Positions 10,794 through 22,610 of a stretch of DNA of 64,000 bases are shown one piece after another (positions within the stretch are counted from its first letter, which is position 1; every line of letters starts with the position of its first letter). Location: NCBI GenBank assembly GCA_963666425.2, contig OY762825.2, forward strand, positions 1,664,001-1,728,000, given 5' to 3'. Both the position numbers and the translations under genes were made by a program. A model generated the notes under the pieces. It worked only from the letters and a program-made list of their open reading frames with translations, did not search any database and was not told the DNA's origin. This stretch comes from Bacillota bacterium (GTDB taxonomy: Bacteria; Bacillota; JAAYKD01).

Positions 10794-11881
10794 AGCTAAG
10801 GCATCTCTCCCTGGTCACCTTTCGCAACTATTTTACGCTGGAAGTGGATTTGGAACCAGGGATTAATTTGTTTATCGGTGCCAATGCGCAGGGGAAGACA
10901 AATTTATTGGAAGCCTGTCATCTGTTGGCTACCGGACGTTCCCACCGCACCTTTCGTGATCAGGAAATGATTGCCTGGCAGCAAGAGGGATTTCATATCA
11001 AAGCCACCGTGCAAAAAAAGCTAAGCACCGAGCTGATTGAACTGCATGTCGACCGTCAGGGTCATAAAATCGTCAAATTAAATGGCTTGCTGCAGCCGAA
11101 ACTTGGCGCACTCCTGGGTCAGCTGAATGTTGTTTTTTTTGCACCGGAGCATTTATTATTAGTCAAAGGCGACCCTTCCGGCCGCAGAAGATTTTTGGAT
11201 ATCGCGATTTCGCAAATCTCACCGTCCTACCTGCATCATCTCGCCAGATATCATAAAATCCTCAGTCAAAAAAACATCCTGTTAAAATCCAATCGGCCGG
11301 ATGAAGCGCTGCTCTCCATTTACAACCAGCAAATGGCGGAAAGCGGCGGGGTGATTGTCGCCAAGCGCAGCGAGATTATCGGTCAATTGGAAAAGTATGC
11401 CAGTAACTATCAACATCAGCTGCGCGAAACAGAAAACCTGAGTTTTACCTATCAAAGCCAAACCGAAACCAAGGAAAATCCCAGCCGGATTGCCGAAGAG
11501 CTCTTCCGTAAAATGGAGGAGCGCAAAGAAGATGAACTGCAGCGGCGCACCGGCTTAGTCGGACCGCATCGGGACGATTTTTCAATTTTCCTCAATGAAG
11601 TCAACGTGCGGCAATATGGCTCACAAGGCCAGCAGCGCAGTGTGGTCTTATCCATCAAAATGGCGGAAGCTAATTTGATGGAAGAGTCTACCGGAGAGCA
11701 ACCGGTCATTATTCTAGACGATGTGCTCTCCGAATTGGACCCGGCGCGGCAGAGTCAGCTGATCACCGGTTTAAAAAATATCGGGCAGACTTTGATCAGT
11801 TCGACTGATTTGCCGCCGGTGCTGAGCGGACTGAACAGCAAAATATTCCGGGTCAATGACGGTAAAATCATCATCAGTTAG
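10790..11881 (+). CDS. recF: DNA replication/repair protein RecF
   Basis: FRNY, GANAQGKTNLLEA, GPHRDD, GSQGQQRS and LDDVLSELD motifs. Confidence 0.97.
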   Translation: MKLRHLSLVTFRNYFTLEVDLEPGINLFIGANAQGKTNLLEACHLLATGRSHRTFRDQEMIAWQQEGFHIKATVQKKLSTELIELHVDRQGHKIVKLNGLLQPKLGALLGQLNVVFFAPEHLLLVKGDPSGRRRFLDIAISQISPSYLHHLARYHKILSQKNILLKSNRPDEALLSIYNQQMAESGGVIVAKRSEIIGQLEKYASNYQHQLRETENLSFTYQSQTETKENPSRIAEELFRKMEERKEDELQRRTGLVGPHRDDFSIFLNEVNVRQYGSQGQQRSVVLSIKMAEANLMEESTGEQPVIILDDVLSELDPARQSQLITGLKNIGQTLISSTDLPPVLSGLNSKIFRVNDGKIIIS

Positions 11882-11894
11882 GAGTTGTTGCTTT

Positions 11895-12125
11895 TTGTAT
11901 TTACACCTTGGTCATAATAGAAATGCCGAAATCAACGAGATCATCGGAATTTTTGATTTGCGGACTTGTCACTCTCCTTTATTTCAGCCATTGACCTTGA
12001 TTGGAAAAAAAAGAAAAGACAAATCCTATGTTTTAACCAAGACAGAACTACTCGCTTCCTCTATTGCCAGCAATACATTATACAAACGCTGTGGTGATAT
12101 CCATGAATTATTATGGGAAAAATAG
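11895..12125 (+). CDS. remB: RemB/YaaB (DUF370) family protein
   Basis: TTG start behind AGGAG gives MYLHLGHN...IIGIFDL...KSYVLT...SSIASNTLYKR, the typical DUF370 pattern between recF and gyrB. Confidence 0.8.
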   Translation: MYLHLGHNRNAEINEIIGIFDLRTCHSPLFQPLTLIGKKRKDKSYVLTKTELLASSIASNTLYKRCGDIHELLWEK

Positions 12126-12179
12126 TTTTTTAGCAAAGGCAGTCCGGTCAGAAACAAATTTTCTGGACCGAATTGCCTT

Positions 12180-12403
12180 TTTTGCACAATAAAAGCGTAG
12201 TTATCCACAGTTTTTGTCGATAACTTTGGTGATAAAATGTGCAGAACAAAAGTTATCCAGAACTGTTCACAGCTCCCTCGAGACTTATCCACCTTATTTT
12301 GCTGTTTATCCCATGCTGCAACACCGTTGAAATTTGACTTATATAAGGAAAGTAAAAAATTATACACACTGTCCACATAGCCTACTGAGACTGTTACTAA
12401 TAG
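12180..12403. promoter_or_regulatory. Second DnaA-box cluster ending in tandem boxes plus DnaA-trios (probable oriC unwinding region)
   Basis: Boxes TTTTGCACA 12180, TTATCCACA 12201, TGTCGATAA 12215, TGTGCAGAA 12238, TTATCCAGA 12253, TTATCCACC 12285; then TTATACACA-CTGTCCACA (12360-12377), TAGC spacer and CTA CTG AGA CTG TTA CTA ATA (12382-12402). Confidence 0.85.
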
Positions 12404-12466
12404 AGAGTACTCTTGTACTTCATCTACTTTTTTAGTTAAGGGAACGCAAAAGAGAAAAGCAGCGGC

Positions 12467-12495
12467 TTGCCTATTGGCTGTTTTTTTGCTATAAT
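12467..12495 (+). promoter_or_regulatory. SigA-type promoter of gyrBA
   Basis: TTGCCT-17 bp-TATAAT with extended -10 TG. Confidence 0.7.
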
Positions 12496-12547
12496 AGATT
12501 AGTTAATGAAGAGCTAAAAATAAACTGATAAAATAACAGATTGATAA

Positions 12548-14494
<1,947 letters not shown>

Positions 14495-14510
14495 AAAGGA
14501 GGAACCCGAG

Positions 14511-16973
14511 ATGGATGAATTTATTCATGGTAAAATAATACCGGTAGATCTTGCCGAAGAAATGAAAAAATCTTATATAGAATACTCGATGAGCGTTATT
14601 GTCAGTCGGGCTCTGCCTGATGTACGTGACGGTTTAAAACCGGTGCACCGCCGGCTGCTCTATGCCATGTATGAAGGCGATCTGACCTATGATAAACCTT
14701 ACCGCAAATCAGCCAGACCGGTTGCGGATACCATGGGTAAATATCATCCCCATGGCGATGTAGCAATTTATGATACGCTGGTTCGTTTGGCGCAGGATTT
14801 CAACTTACGTTATCCCTTTATTGACGGTCACGGCAATTTCGGCTCGGTCGACGGTGATCCTGCGGCAGCCATGCGTTATACAGAAGCGCGTATGAGTAAA
14901 ATCGCCAGTGAAATGCTGCGTGATATCGATAAAGATACGGTCAATTTTGTGCCAAACTATGATTCCAGCCAAACAGAACCGTCCATTTTACCCAGCCGTT
15001 TTCCAAACCTTTTGGTCAACGGTACCTCCGGCATTGCGGTTGGTATGGCGACCAATATTCCGCCGCATAACCTGACCGAAGTCATCGATGGTGCTTTGGC
15101 GCTTTTAACCAATCCCGACATGACCATTGCCGATTTAATGAAATATATCAAAGGACCGGATTTCCCCACCGCCGGGATCATTATGGGCAAAGCCGGGATC
15201 GACAGCGCTTATCAAACCGGCCGCGGCATCGTCATCATGCGCGCACGCAGCCGTTTTGAACGCATGAATAACGGCAAGACACGGATTATCGTCAGTGAAA
15301 TCCCTTATCTGGTCAATAAATCCCGCTTGATTGAGAAAATTGCCAGTTTAGTCCGTGATCGGAAGATTGACGGTATTACCGATTTGCGCGATGAATCCGA
15401 TCGGGAAGGCATGCGTATTGTGATGGAACTACGCAAAGATGTCAAACCCGATGTGATTCTGAATCAATTGTATGCGCATTCGCAGTTGCAGGAGAGTTTT
15501 GGCATTATCATGCTGGCTTTGGTCAACAATGAGCCGCGTGTTCTCAACTTAAAACAGGTACTAGAATATTACCTGGAACATCAGAAAGAAGTCATTACCC
15601 GCCGGACGAGTTTTGAACTGCGCAAAGCCAAAGACCGTGCTCATATTTTAGAAGGTTTACGGATCGCTGCTCAGAACATCGAGCAGGTGATTCGGGTGAT
15701 CCGCTCTTCCAAAGATGACAGCGAAGCGAAACCGCGCTTAATGGAAACTTTCGGATTTACCGATAAACAGGCGACCGCAGTACTCGATATGCGTTTGCGC
15801 CGCTTAACCAATCTGGAATTGGATCGCTTGGAAGCGGAATACAAAGAAGTAATGGCGGAGATCATCCGCTTGGAATCGATTTTGGCCGACGCTGAGAAAT
15901 TGAAGAATGTCATTCGCAGCGAAATGACCGCTATTCGCGATGAATTTGGTGATGACCGTCGTACGGAGATTGTACCGGATGACGGAGAGCTGAACATTGA
16001 AGACATGATCGCGGAAGAAGAAGTAGTGGTGACCCTGACGCACCACGGCTATGTCAAACGCCTGCCGTCTACGACCTATCGCAGTCAGCGCCGCGGCGGC
16101 AAGGGAATTACTGCCATGGGTACGAAAGAAGAAGATTTTGTAGAGAATCTGTTTATTACCTCTACCCATCACAATCTGCTCTTCTTTACCAACAAAGGCA
16201 AAATTTATCAGAGTAAAGTCTACGATGTTCCGGAAGCCAGCCGTCAGGCGAGAGGCACGAATCTGATCAATTTGCTGAGTATTGATAACGATGAGAAGAT
16301 CACCGCCGTCCTGGCGGTGAAAGAATTCAGCAATGAGAAAAATCTGTTCTTCTGCACCAAATCCGGTGTGGTCAAGCAGACCTGTCTGGATCAGTTCCTC
16401 AATATCCGTAAGGGTGGCATTCAGGCCATTTCTCTGAAGAAAGACGATGATCTCATTGGTGTGAAATTTGCTACGGAGAAGGATCATATCGTGATTGCCA
16501 CCAAGGAAGGCAATGTGATCCGTTTTGCCGCAGCTGACGTGCGCAATATGGGACGCGTGGCTACCGGCATCAGAGGAATTACCCTGAGCGCCGGCGATGA
16601 AGTCATTTCTTTGGAAGTAGCCAACGACGATGCCGATTTATTGGTCATCACAGCCAATGGTTACGGTAAACGGACGCAATTGCGTGAATATCGCTGCCAG
16701 GGCAGAGGCGGCAAAGGCGTTATGCTGATGCGCCGCACAGAAAAAACCGGTGAAATTGCCGGCGTGCGCATGGTGCGCGAAGGGGACGATGTGATGGTGA
16801 TTACGATTAACGGCATCATCATCCGGACTTCCGTCTCCGGGATCTCGCAGATGAGCCGTACCACCCAAGGTGTGACCATTATGAAGATGGACGAAGGCGA
16901 TATGGTCATTGGTCTTGCCAAAGTGATCGGCGCCAAAGAAGAAACCTTGGACGAAGAGGTAGAAAAAGAATAA
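14511..16973 (+). CDS. gyrA: DNA gyrase subunit A
   Basis: RALPDVRDGLKPVHRR, YHPHGD, AAAMRYTE and the GyrA-box QRRGGKG. Confidence 0.98.
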   Translation: MDEFIHGKIIPVDLAEEMKKSYIEYSMSVIVSRALPDVRDGLKPVHRRLLYAMYEGDLTYDKPYRKSARPVADTMGKYHPHGDVAIYDTLVRLAQDFNLRYPFIDGHGNFGSVDGDPAAAMRYTEARMSKIASEMLRDIDKDTVNFVPNYDSSQTEPSILPSRFPNLLVNGTSGIAVGMATNIPPHNLTEVIDGALALLTNPDMTIADLMKYIKGPDFPTAGIIMGKAGIDSAYQTGRGIVIMRARSRFERMNNGKTRIIVSEIPYLVNKSRLIEKIASLVRDRKIDGITDLRDESDREGMRIVMELRKDVKPDVILNQLYAHSQLQESFGIIMLALVNNEPRVLNLKQVLEYYLEHQKEVITRRTSFELRKAKDRAHILEGLRIAAQNIEQVIRVIRSSKDDSEAKPRLMETFGFTDKQATAVLDMRLRRLTNLELDRLEAEYKEVMAEIIRLESILADAEKLKNVIRSEMTAIRDEFGDDRRTEIVPDDGELNIEDMIAEEEVVVTLTHHGYVKRLPSTTYRSQRRGGKGITAMGTKEEDFVENLFITSTHHNLLFFTNKGKIYQSKVYDVPEASRQARGTNLINLLSIDNDEKITAVLAVKEFSNEKNLFFCTKSGVVKQTCLDQFLNIRKGGIQAISLKKDDDLIGVKFATEKDHIVIATKEGNVIRFAAADVRNMGRVATGIRGITLSAGDEVISLEVANDDADLLVITANGYGKRTQLREYRCQGRGGKGVMLMRRTEKTGEIAGVRMVREGDDVMVITINGIIIRTSVSGISQMSRTTQGVTIMKMDEGDMVIGLAKVIGAKEETLDEEVEKE

Positions 16974-16982
16974 ACCAGCAAA

Positions 16983-17030
16983 CATCCTCCTCAAAATCGG
17001 CGCTTATCCGTTTTGAGGAGGATGCTTTTT
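16983..17030 (+). terminator. Intrinsic terminator after gyrA
   Basis: Stem CATCCTCCTCAAAA/TTTTGAGGAGGATG followed by CTTTTT. Confidence 0.85.
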
Positions 17031-17070
17031 GTACTTTTTGCTGCTGATTTTTTAATTGCAGCGCGGTTCG

Positions 17071-17148
17071 CGTCATAATTAATACAAATCAATTATGACG
17101 GTTTAGTCATTGAACCGTCACCCAGCTGTCACCTGCGTTTGTTATACT
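17071..17148 (+). promoter_or_regulatory. Putative regulator-binding array and -10 element for the ABC exporter
   Basis: Inverted repeat CGTCATAATT-N10-AATTATGACG (17071-17100); heptamers TAGTCAT/CCGTCAC/CTGTCAC at an 11-bp period (17104, 17115, 17126); then TG-T-TATACT (17140-17148). Confidence 0.55.
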
Positions 17149-17190
17149 CTAGAACAGTGAGACAGTACAAAAAAAAGTGAGGCAATCAAG

Positions 17191-17874
17191 ATGGAAATAT
17201 TACGGGTAGAACATTTAAGTAAAATTTACGGTAAAGACGAGAATCGGGTTCATGCGCTCAATGATGTTTCTTTTTCCATTCAAAAAGGAGACTGCGTGGC
17301 CATCATCGGTCCGTCCGGTTCCGGTAAATCGACGCTGCTGCATATTTTAGGCGGGGTGGACACGCCCAGCGAGGGTAAGGTTTTTGTGGATGGCATTGAT
17401 GTCTATGCGCAAAACGAAGAGCAGCTGGCGATTTTTCGCCGCCGTCAGGTTGGCTTGATTTATCAATTTTATAATCTGATCCCGGTTCTGGATGTGACCG
17501 AGAATATCACCTTGCCGGTCTTGCTGGATGGGCGCGAAGTCAATGAAAAGCGCTTACGGGAATTATTGCAGGTCTTGGGTTTACAGGAGCGCAAAGGTTA
17601 TCTGCCGAACCAGCTTTCCGGCGGCCAGCAGCAGCGGGTTTCGATCGGACGCGCTTTGATCAATGCACCGGCCTTGGTTTTGGCGGATGAACCAACCGGC
17701 AATCTGGACAGCAAGAACAGCCGTGAAATTGTCGAACTCCTGAAATATTCCAATAAAACCTACGGTCAAACCTTGATTATTATAACGCACGATGAAAACA
17801 TCGCGCTGCAGGCGGATCGGATCATCGCCATTGAGGATGGCAGCATTGCCAGGGATGAGGTGATTGCGCGATGA
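17191..17874 (+). CDS. ABC transporter ATP-binding protein (LolD/MacB-type)
   Basis: [28 protein letters not shown] and ITHD motifs. Confidence 0.95.
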   Translation: MEILRVEHLSKIYGKDENRVHALNDVSFSIQKGDCVAIIGPSGSGKSTLLHILGGVDTPSEGKVFVDGIDVYAQNEEQLAIFRRRQVGLIYQFYNLIPVLDVTENITLPVLLDGREVNEKRLRELLQVLGLQERKGYLPNQLSGGQQQRVSIGRALINAPALVLADEPTGNLDSKNSREIVELLKYSNKTYGQTLIIITHDENIALQADRIIAIEDGSIARDEVIAR

Positions 17875-20519
17875 GTATTCTGACCAAGATTACCATCAAG
17901 CAAATGCTGCAGAATAAACGCCGCAGTTTGGTCACGATTGTCGGTGTGATAATTTCGGTTGCGATGATCACAGCGGTCAGCAGTTTCGGCGGTACCTTTA
18001 TGAATTATTTCCAACGCATCATCATCGCCGATACCGGCGATTTTCAAATGGCTTGTTTGGATATCAGCGGAACCGATGTCCGTACGGTGCTGCAGCAGGA
18101 CTATGTGAAGCAGCACTATACCATTTTGCCGATGGGATTTGCCAAAGGCGAACCCTTGTATGGCAGCCGCCCCTTCCTCTATGTGATGGCGATCAATCCG
18201 GGAGGGTTTGAGCCGGCACAGATGACTTTGAGTGCAGGCCGTTATCCGGCCAATGACAGCGAAGTGATTCTCTCGGATCAATTTACCAAACAATTAACCG
18301 AAAAATATCGGATCGGTGATCGAATTTCTCTTGATTTGGGTACGCGTTATCATCCAATCGATGAAAGATACCTGCGAGCGACCGATGTTTACGAAAAAGG
18401 CACGGAAGAATTTCAGTATCGAGAAACGAAGCAATACACCATTGTTGGTTTTGCCAACCTGACCGTGGTGGAAGCCAGTTACTCCCCCGCTTTTACTGCC
18501 GTGACCTGTCTGAATGAAGCAAACCTAACCGAGCAGGATACCGTACAGCTTTATCTCAGCGTGAATCATTTGGACAGCAGCATTTATGATAAAGGCATTG
18601 CTCTAAAAGAGACGCTTGCTCGGGGCAGTGTGGACTTTAATGATGAACTGCTTTTCTATAATGGTATGAATCAGGATTTCAGTTTTATGCTGACCGTTTA
18701 TGGCGTAGCTGCGGTTTTGATTGTGATTATCATCATTGGTTCTATTTCCTTGATCTATAACGCCTTTGCCATTTCCGTTACCGACCGCAGCAGCGATTTT
18801 GGTATGTTGGCCAGCGTCGGCGCAACCAAAGCGCAAAAACGTGCGATGGTCTTGACGGAAGCCGGGTTGATCGGCGCTATTGCGATTCCCCTGGGGATTT
18901 TCTTTGGCTTTCTGGGCATCGGTATCACTTTTATTTGTGTCAGTCCTTTGCTGGGCAGCTCGTTAAACCTGACGGTCCCGCTGCGTCTGAAGATTATGCC
19001 ATCGGCAATGATCGCAGCAATTCTGCTTTCTTCGCTGACGATCCTGCTTTCCGCTTGGCTGCCGGCCAGACGTGCGGCGAAAATCACACCAATTGACGCC
19101 ATCCGTCAGACCATGGATGTTAAACTGACAGCCAAGGCAGTCAGGACATCCAAATTGACCCGCAAGTTGTTTGGTTTGGAAGGCGAATTGGCACTGAAAA
19201 ACATGAAACGAAACCGCTTGCGTTACCGCACCACGCTGTTTTCTTTGGTTGTTTCGCTTTGCCTGTTCCTTTCCGCCAGCGCATTTACTTATTACTTATC
19301 CAATGCTTTCCTGATGAGCAATGACACGATCGATTGTGATCTGAATATCAATGGCTATTACGATGGCGATCTGCAGCAGCTGCTGACCGTCTCACAGGAA
19401 ATCGGAAATTTGGATGTGGTGGACTCCGCTGTGATTATGACACCGACCTACAATCAGTATGAATTGGACAAAACACTCTTCAGTCAGACTACCCTCGATT
19501 ATTTTGCCGCTCTCAGCGGGCAGCAGGGGTCTGATTTTGCTGCAAAGACAATGAATCTGCAACTCAGTCTGATGGCGGTGGATCAGCGGACTTTGGCAGA
19601 GTATTGCCAGGCAGCCGGGGTTGATTTTAGCGAGATGCAGAAGACAGCACAGCTGCCGGTGATTGTCGTCAATGACTATGTTTTGAAAGATAATAAAAAT
19701 TACCAGGATATCAGCATTTTTAGTCCGCAGAAAGTGGAGACCTTACCTTTTTCCACCTGGCGTTATCAGGATCAAACCGTTGTGGATGCAGAAGGCGTGT
19801 CGTCCAGTGAGACCGAACGGGTCTTGAACCAGGAATTTACTTTAAATGTTGTTGCCATGACGGGAGAACGTTTCACCGGTATTCCTGAAACGCTCTATGC
19901 ACCGGATACCGTTTACTTAGTGACTTCTTTCGATGTTTTACAAGCGATGGACCAGGCGGCGGCCAGCCATCAGATCGAACTGTTTCTTAACAGTAAATCA
20001 CTGACAGAAGCGGAAGAAGCAATTCGCGTCATTACCGATGAACACACGGCCAGCTATCACAGTAATTGGAATTTCTATAATGTGACCGACCAAAAGAACA
20101 AATCCAATAACATGCTGTTGGCGATCAATATTTTTATCTATGGCTTTGTGACGCTGATTTCTGCCATTGGTGTGGCTAACATGTTCAACACGATTTCTAC
20201 CTCTTTGACTTTGCGCAAGCGTGAATTTGCCATGCTGCAATCGGTAGGGATGACCCCGCACAGCTTTAACCGCATGATTTCCTTCGAGAGTCTGCTCTAT
20301 GGTCTGAAGACGCTGTTCTATGGTTTACCGCTTGGTTTTGCCGTGATGTATTTGATCTATGCGATTCTGGGCCGTAATTTTGCCACCAGCTTCACGGTAC
20401 CTTGGGACAGTGTGATCGGCGGCGTAACTGGGGTGATGGTAGTGATTGCCGCCACCATGGCCTGGTCTTCGCGGCGGATCAAACAGGAAAGCATTGTGGA
20501 AACCCTGCGCCGTCAGTAG
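17871..20519 (+). CDS. ABC transporter permease, FtsX-like (duplicated, 882 aa)
   Basis: Two FtsX-type TM blocks (FGMLASVGATKAQ; REFAMLQSVGMT) with large extracellular loops; overlaps the ATPase stop. Confidence 0.9.
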   Translation: MSILTKITIKQMLQNKRRSLVTIVGVIISVAMITAVSSFGGTFMNYFQRIIIADTGDFQMACLDISGTDVRTVLQQDYVKQHYTILPMGFAKGEPLYGSRPFLYVMAINPGGFEPAQMTLSAGRYPANDSEVILSDQFTKQLTEKYRIGDRISLDLGTRYHPIDERYLRATDVYEKGTEEFQYRETKQYTIVGFANLTVVEASYSPAFTAVTCLNEANLTEQDTVQLYLSVNHLDSSIYDKGIALKETLARGSVDFNDELLFYNGMNQDFSFMLTVYGVAAVLIVIIIIGSISLIYNAFAISVTDRSSDFGMLASVGATKAQKRAMVLTEAGLIGAIAIPLGIFFGFLGIGITFICVSPLLGSSLNLTVPLRLKIMPSAMIAAILLSSLTILLSAWLPARRAAKITPIDAIRQTMDVKLTAKAVRTSKLTRKLFGLEGELALKNMKRNRLRYRTTLFSLVVSLCLFLSASAFTYYLSNAFLMSNDTIDCDLNINGYYDGDLQQLLTVSQEIGNLDVVDSAVIMTPTYNQYELDKTLFSQTTLDYFAALSGQQGSDFAAKTMNLQLSLMAVDQRTLAEYCQAAGVDFSEMQKTAQLPVIVVNDYVLKDNKNYQDISIFSPQKVETLPFSTWRYQDQTVVDAEGVSSSETERVLNQEFTLNVVAMTGERFTGIPETLYAPDTVYLVTSFDVLQAMDQAAASHQIELFLNSKSLTEAEEAIRVITDEHTASYHSNWNFYNVTDQKNKSNNMLLAINIFIYGFVTLISAIGVANMFNTISTSLTLRKREFAMLQSVGMTPHSFNRMISFESLLYGLKTLFYGLPLGFAVMYLIYAILGRNFATSFTVPWDSVIGGVTGVMVVIAATMAWSSRRIKQESIVETLRRQ

Positions 20520-20557
20520 CAACTGTGTTCGAATCCAAACATTCCCAAGGATAAAGG

Positions 20558-20634
20558 GAAAAATCTCCATCACGCAGAAATGAATGCTTTGAGTCTTTTG
20601 GATCAGAGCAGATTATGGCGGATGGAGATTTTTC
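20558..20634. terminator. Long stem-loop after the ABC permease
   Basis: 14-bp inverted repeat GAAAAATCTCCATC/GATGGAGATTTTTC with an inner TGCTTTGA/TCAGAGCA stem. Confidence 0.55.
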
Positions 20635-20678
20635 TAGGCGGATCTATGTAGTTGTTATTCAGGAAGGGAGCCTCAGCC

Positions 20679-21458
20679 ATGACGGAAAAACGAGAAAACT
20701 ATACAGAAATGAATGCGAAAACCTGGGATCATTGGGCAGAGAGCGGCAACACCTGGACGGTTCCTATCACACATGAAGAATTTCTGAAGGCGAAAAACGG
20801 CGAGTGGGGTGTTTATCTGACGCCCTGTAAAACAGTGCCGCAGGATTGGTTTGGTCAATTGAATGGTGCGAAGCTGCTGGGCCTTGCCAGCGGCGGCGGC
20901 CAGCAAATGCCGATTTTTGCGAGTTTAGGTGCCGAGTGTACGTTATTTGATTATTCCGACCGACAGTTGGCAGCAGACGCGCTGTTTGCTCAACGGGAAG
21001 GTTATCCGCTGTGCAGCATCAAAGGAGACATGAGTCGGCCGCTGCCGTTTGCCGACGGCAGCTTTGATCTGATTTTTCATCCGGTTGCCAACTGCTATAT
21101 CGAAGAAGTGGTTCCGCTCTGGCGCGAATGCTTTCGTATCCTAAAAAGCGACGGCGTTCTGCTGGCCGGAATGGATAATGGCTTAAACTATCTTTTTGAG
21201 GATGACAGCCAGTTGCCCTTGACGGTAACGCATCAATTACCCTATAACCCTCTGCGAATGAGCGAAGAGGAGTACGAGCGCAGCGTGCAAAATTGGAACG
21301 GTATTCAGTTCAGCCATTCCCTGGAAGAGCAGATCGGCGGTCAGCTGCAAGCTGGGTTTCGGTTAACCCATCTCTATGAAGACCGTGATCGGCAGGGACA
21401 GGGTTTAATCCGGGAGTTTATGCCGCAATATCTGGCGACACGCGCCGTCAAGCCGTAA
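20679..21458 (+). CDS. Class I SAM-dependent methyltransferase
   Basis: LLGLASGGGQQ motif I, GDMSRPLPFADGSFDLI and RILKSDGVL; start ATG 20679 behind GGAAGGGAG. Confidence 0.88.
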   Translation: MTEKRENYTEMNAKTWDHWAESGNTWTVPITHEEFLKAKNGEWGVYLTPCKTVPQDWFGQLNGAKLLGLASGGGQQMPIFASLGAECTLFDYSDRQLAADALFAQREGYPLCSIKGDMSRPLPFADGSFDLIFHPVANCYIEEVVPLWRECFRILKSDGVLLAGMDNGLNYLFEDDSQLPLTVTHQLPYNPLRMSEEEYERSVQNWNGIQFSHSLEEQIGGQLQAGFRLTHLYEDRDRQGQGLIREFMPQYLATRAVKP

Positions 21459-21467
21459 GGAGAAAAT

Positions 21468-22505
21468 ATGGCAATCTCACGGGAGGAACTGAAAGCACGC
21501 ATCCTCTATGCGCAGCATCTGACAGCAAAATCGGATCTATTGACTGTTTGCCAGGATTTAAACGGCTTCCAGGCGCAGTATATGACCAATGTTTATCATG
21601 GTTTGCAGATCCGCTGCAGGGAACCGCTGGAGCAAACGCGCATTCGCGAGCAATTGGTGAAAAGCTGGACAATTCGGGGCACGCTGCATGCCTTTGCCGA
21701 AGCGGATTTGCCGCTTTTTTTGCATGCGGACAGAAGACATTACCTGCGGGCGGTCGATACGGCAGCAGCAGACGAATTTATCGGCGCAGAACGCAAAAAA
21801 ATCCTGGCTGATCGGATTGTTAATTTGATTGGCAGCGGTGTCAATGATCGGGCAGCACTGAAAGAGCATTGCCTGTTGAGTGGTATGACAGAACAGGAAA
21901 GCAAGAGTATTTTTAATGCCTGGGGAGGTACCCTGCGTGATTTAGCGGAACGGGGAATTCTTTGTTATCAGGCGCAGCAGAAAAAGACCTTTCGGCTCTG
22001 CCCAACGTTTCAGCCGCTGGCGGAAAGCACAGCCAAATTAGAAATCCTGCGCCGTTATTTTACTCATTTCGCTCCCGCCACCGTCAAGGATGCCGCTTAT
22101 TATCTGGGCTGCACACAGGCAGAGGTCAGAGAGTATCTGCAGCGGCTGCCAGTACGAGCGATAGAGCTGGAAAACCGGACTTATTTCCAAATAGAACAGG
22201 AAGAAAAAGAGATACCCGAGATTCCGGCTTGTCTCTTCCTAGCGGGCTTTGACCAGCTGATGCTGGGCTATGCCAAGGAGCAGAACCCCTTTCTGCCGCA
22301 GGAAGCCATTCGTGGTATTTTTAACTTAGCCGGTATCGTCATGCCGGCGATCTTACTGCGCGGCAGCGTCGTTGGCAAATGGAAAAAACAAAAAAATCGG
22401 CTGTCTTTTACTCTGTTCGAGTTCCTAACGGAGTCGGATCAAAAGCTGATCGAGGAATCTGCCGAGCAAGCTTGGAGCGAAATAAAAAAAATCAGCTGGG
22501 AGTGA
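21468..22505 (+). CDS. AlkZ/YcaQ-like (HTH_42) winged-helix DNA glycosylase
   Basis: GFQAQY (QxQ motif), SWTIRGTLH, RRYFTHFAPATVKD, FLAGFDQLMLGY and GSVVGKW. Confidence 0.8.
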   Translation: MAISREELKARILYAQHLTAKSDLLTVCQDLNGFQAQYMTNVYHGLQIRCREPLEQTRIREQLVKSWTIRGTLHAFAEADLPLFLHADRRHYLRAVDTAAADEFIGAERKKILADRIVNLIGSGVNDRAALKEHCLLSGMTEQESKSIFNAWGGTLRDLAERGILCYQAQQKKTFRLCPTFQPLAESTAKLEILRRYFTHFAPATVKDAAYYLGCTQAEVREYLQRLPVRAIELENRTYFQIEQEEKEIPEIPACLFLAGFDQLMLGYAKEQNPFLPQEAIRGIFNLAGIVMPAILLRGSVVGKWKKQKNRLSFTLFEFLTESDQKLIEESAEQAWSEIKKISWE

Positions 22506-22534
22506 AAATTCTCAGCTGTTTTTTTTTATTTGGC

Positions 22535-22594
22535 TTGACAAACGTTTTCTACAGATGTAGAATGCAAATAAGCAAATGTTCTACAAACGTAGAG
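22535..22594 (+). promoter_or_regulatory. SigA promoter with two BlaI/MecI-type operators
   Basis: TTGACA (22535)-17 bp-TAGAAT (22558); dyad TTCTACAGATGTAGAA (22547-22562) and second copy TTCTACAAACGTAGAG (22579-22594), with the TACA-N2-TGTA core of BlaI/MecI/CopY operators. Confidence 0.85.
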
Positions 22595-22610
22595 AAAATG
22601 GGGGATTCTT

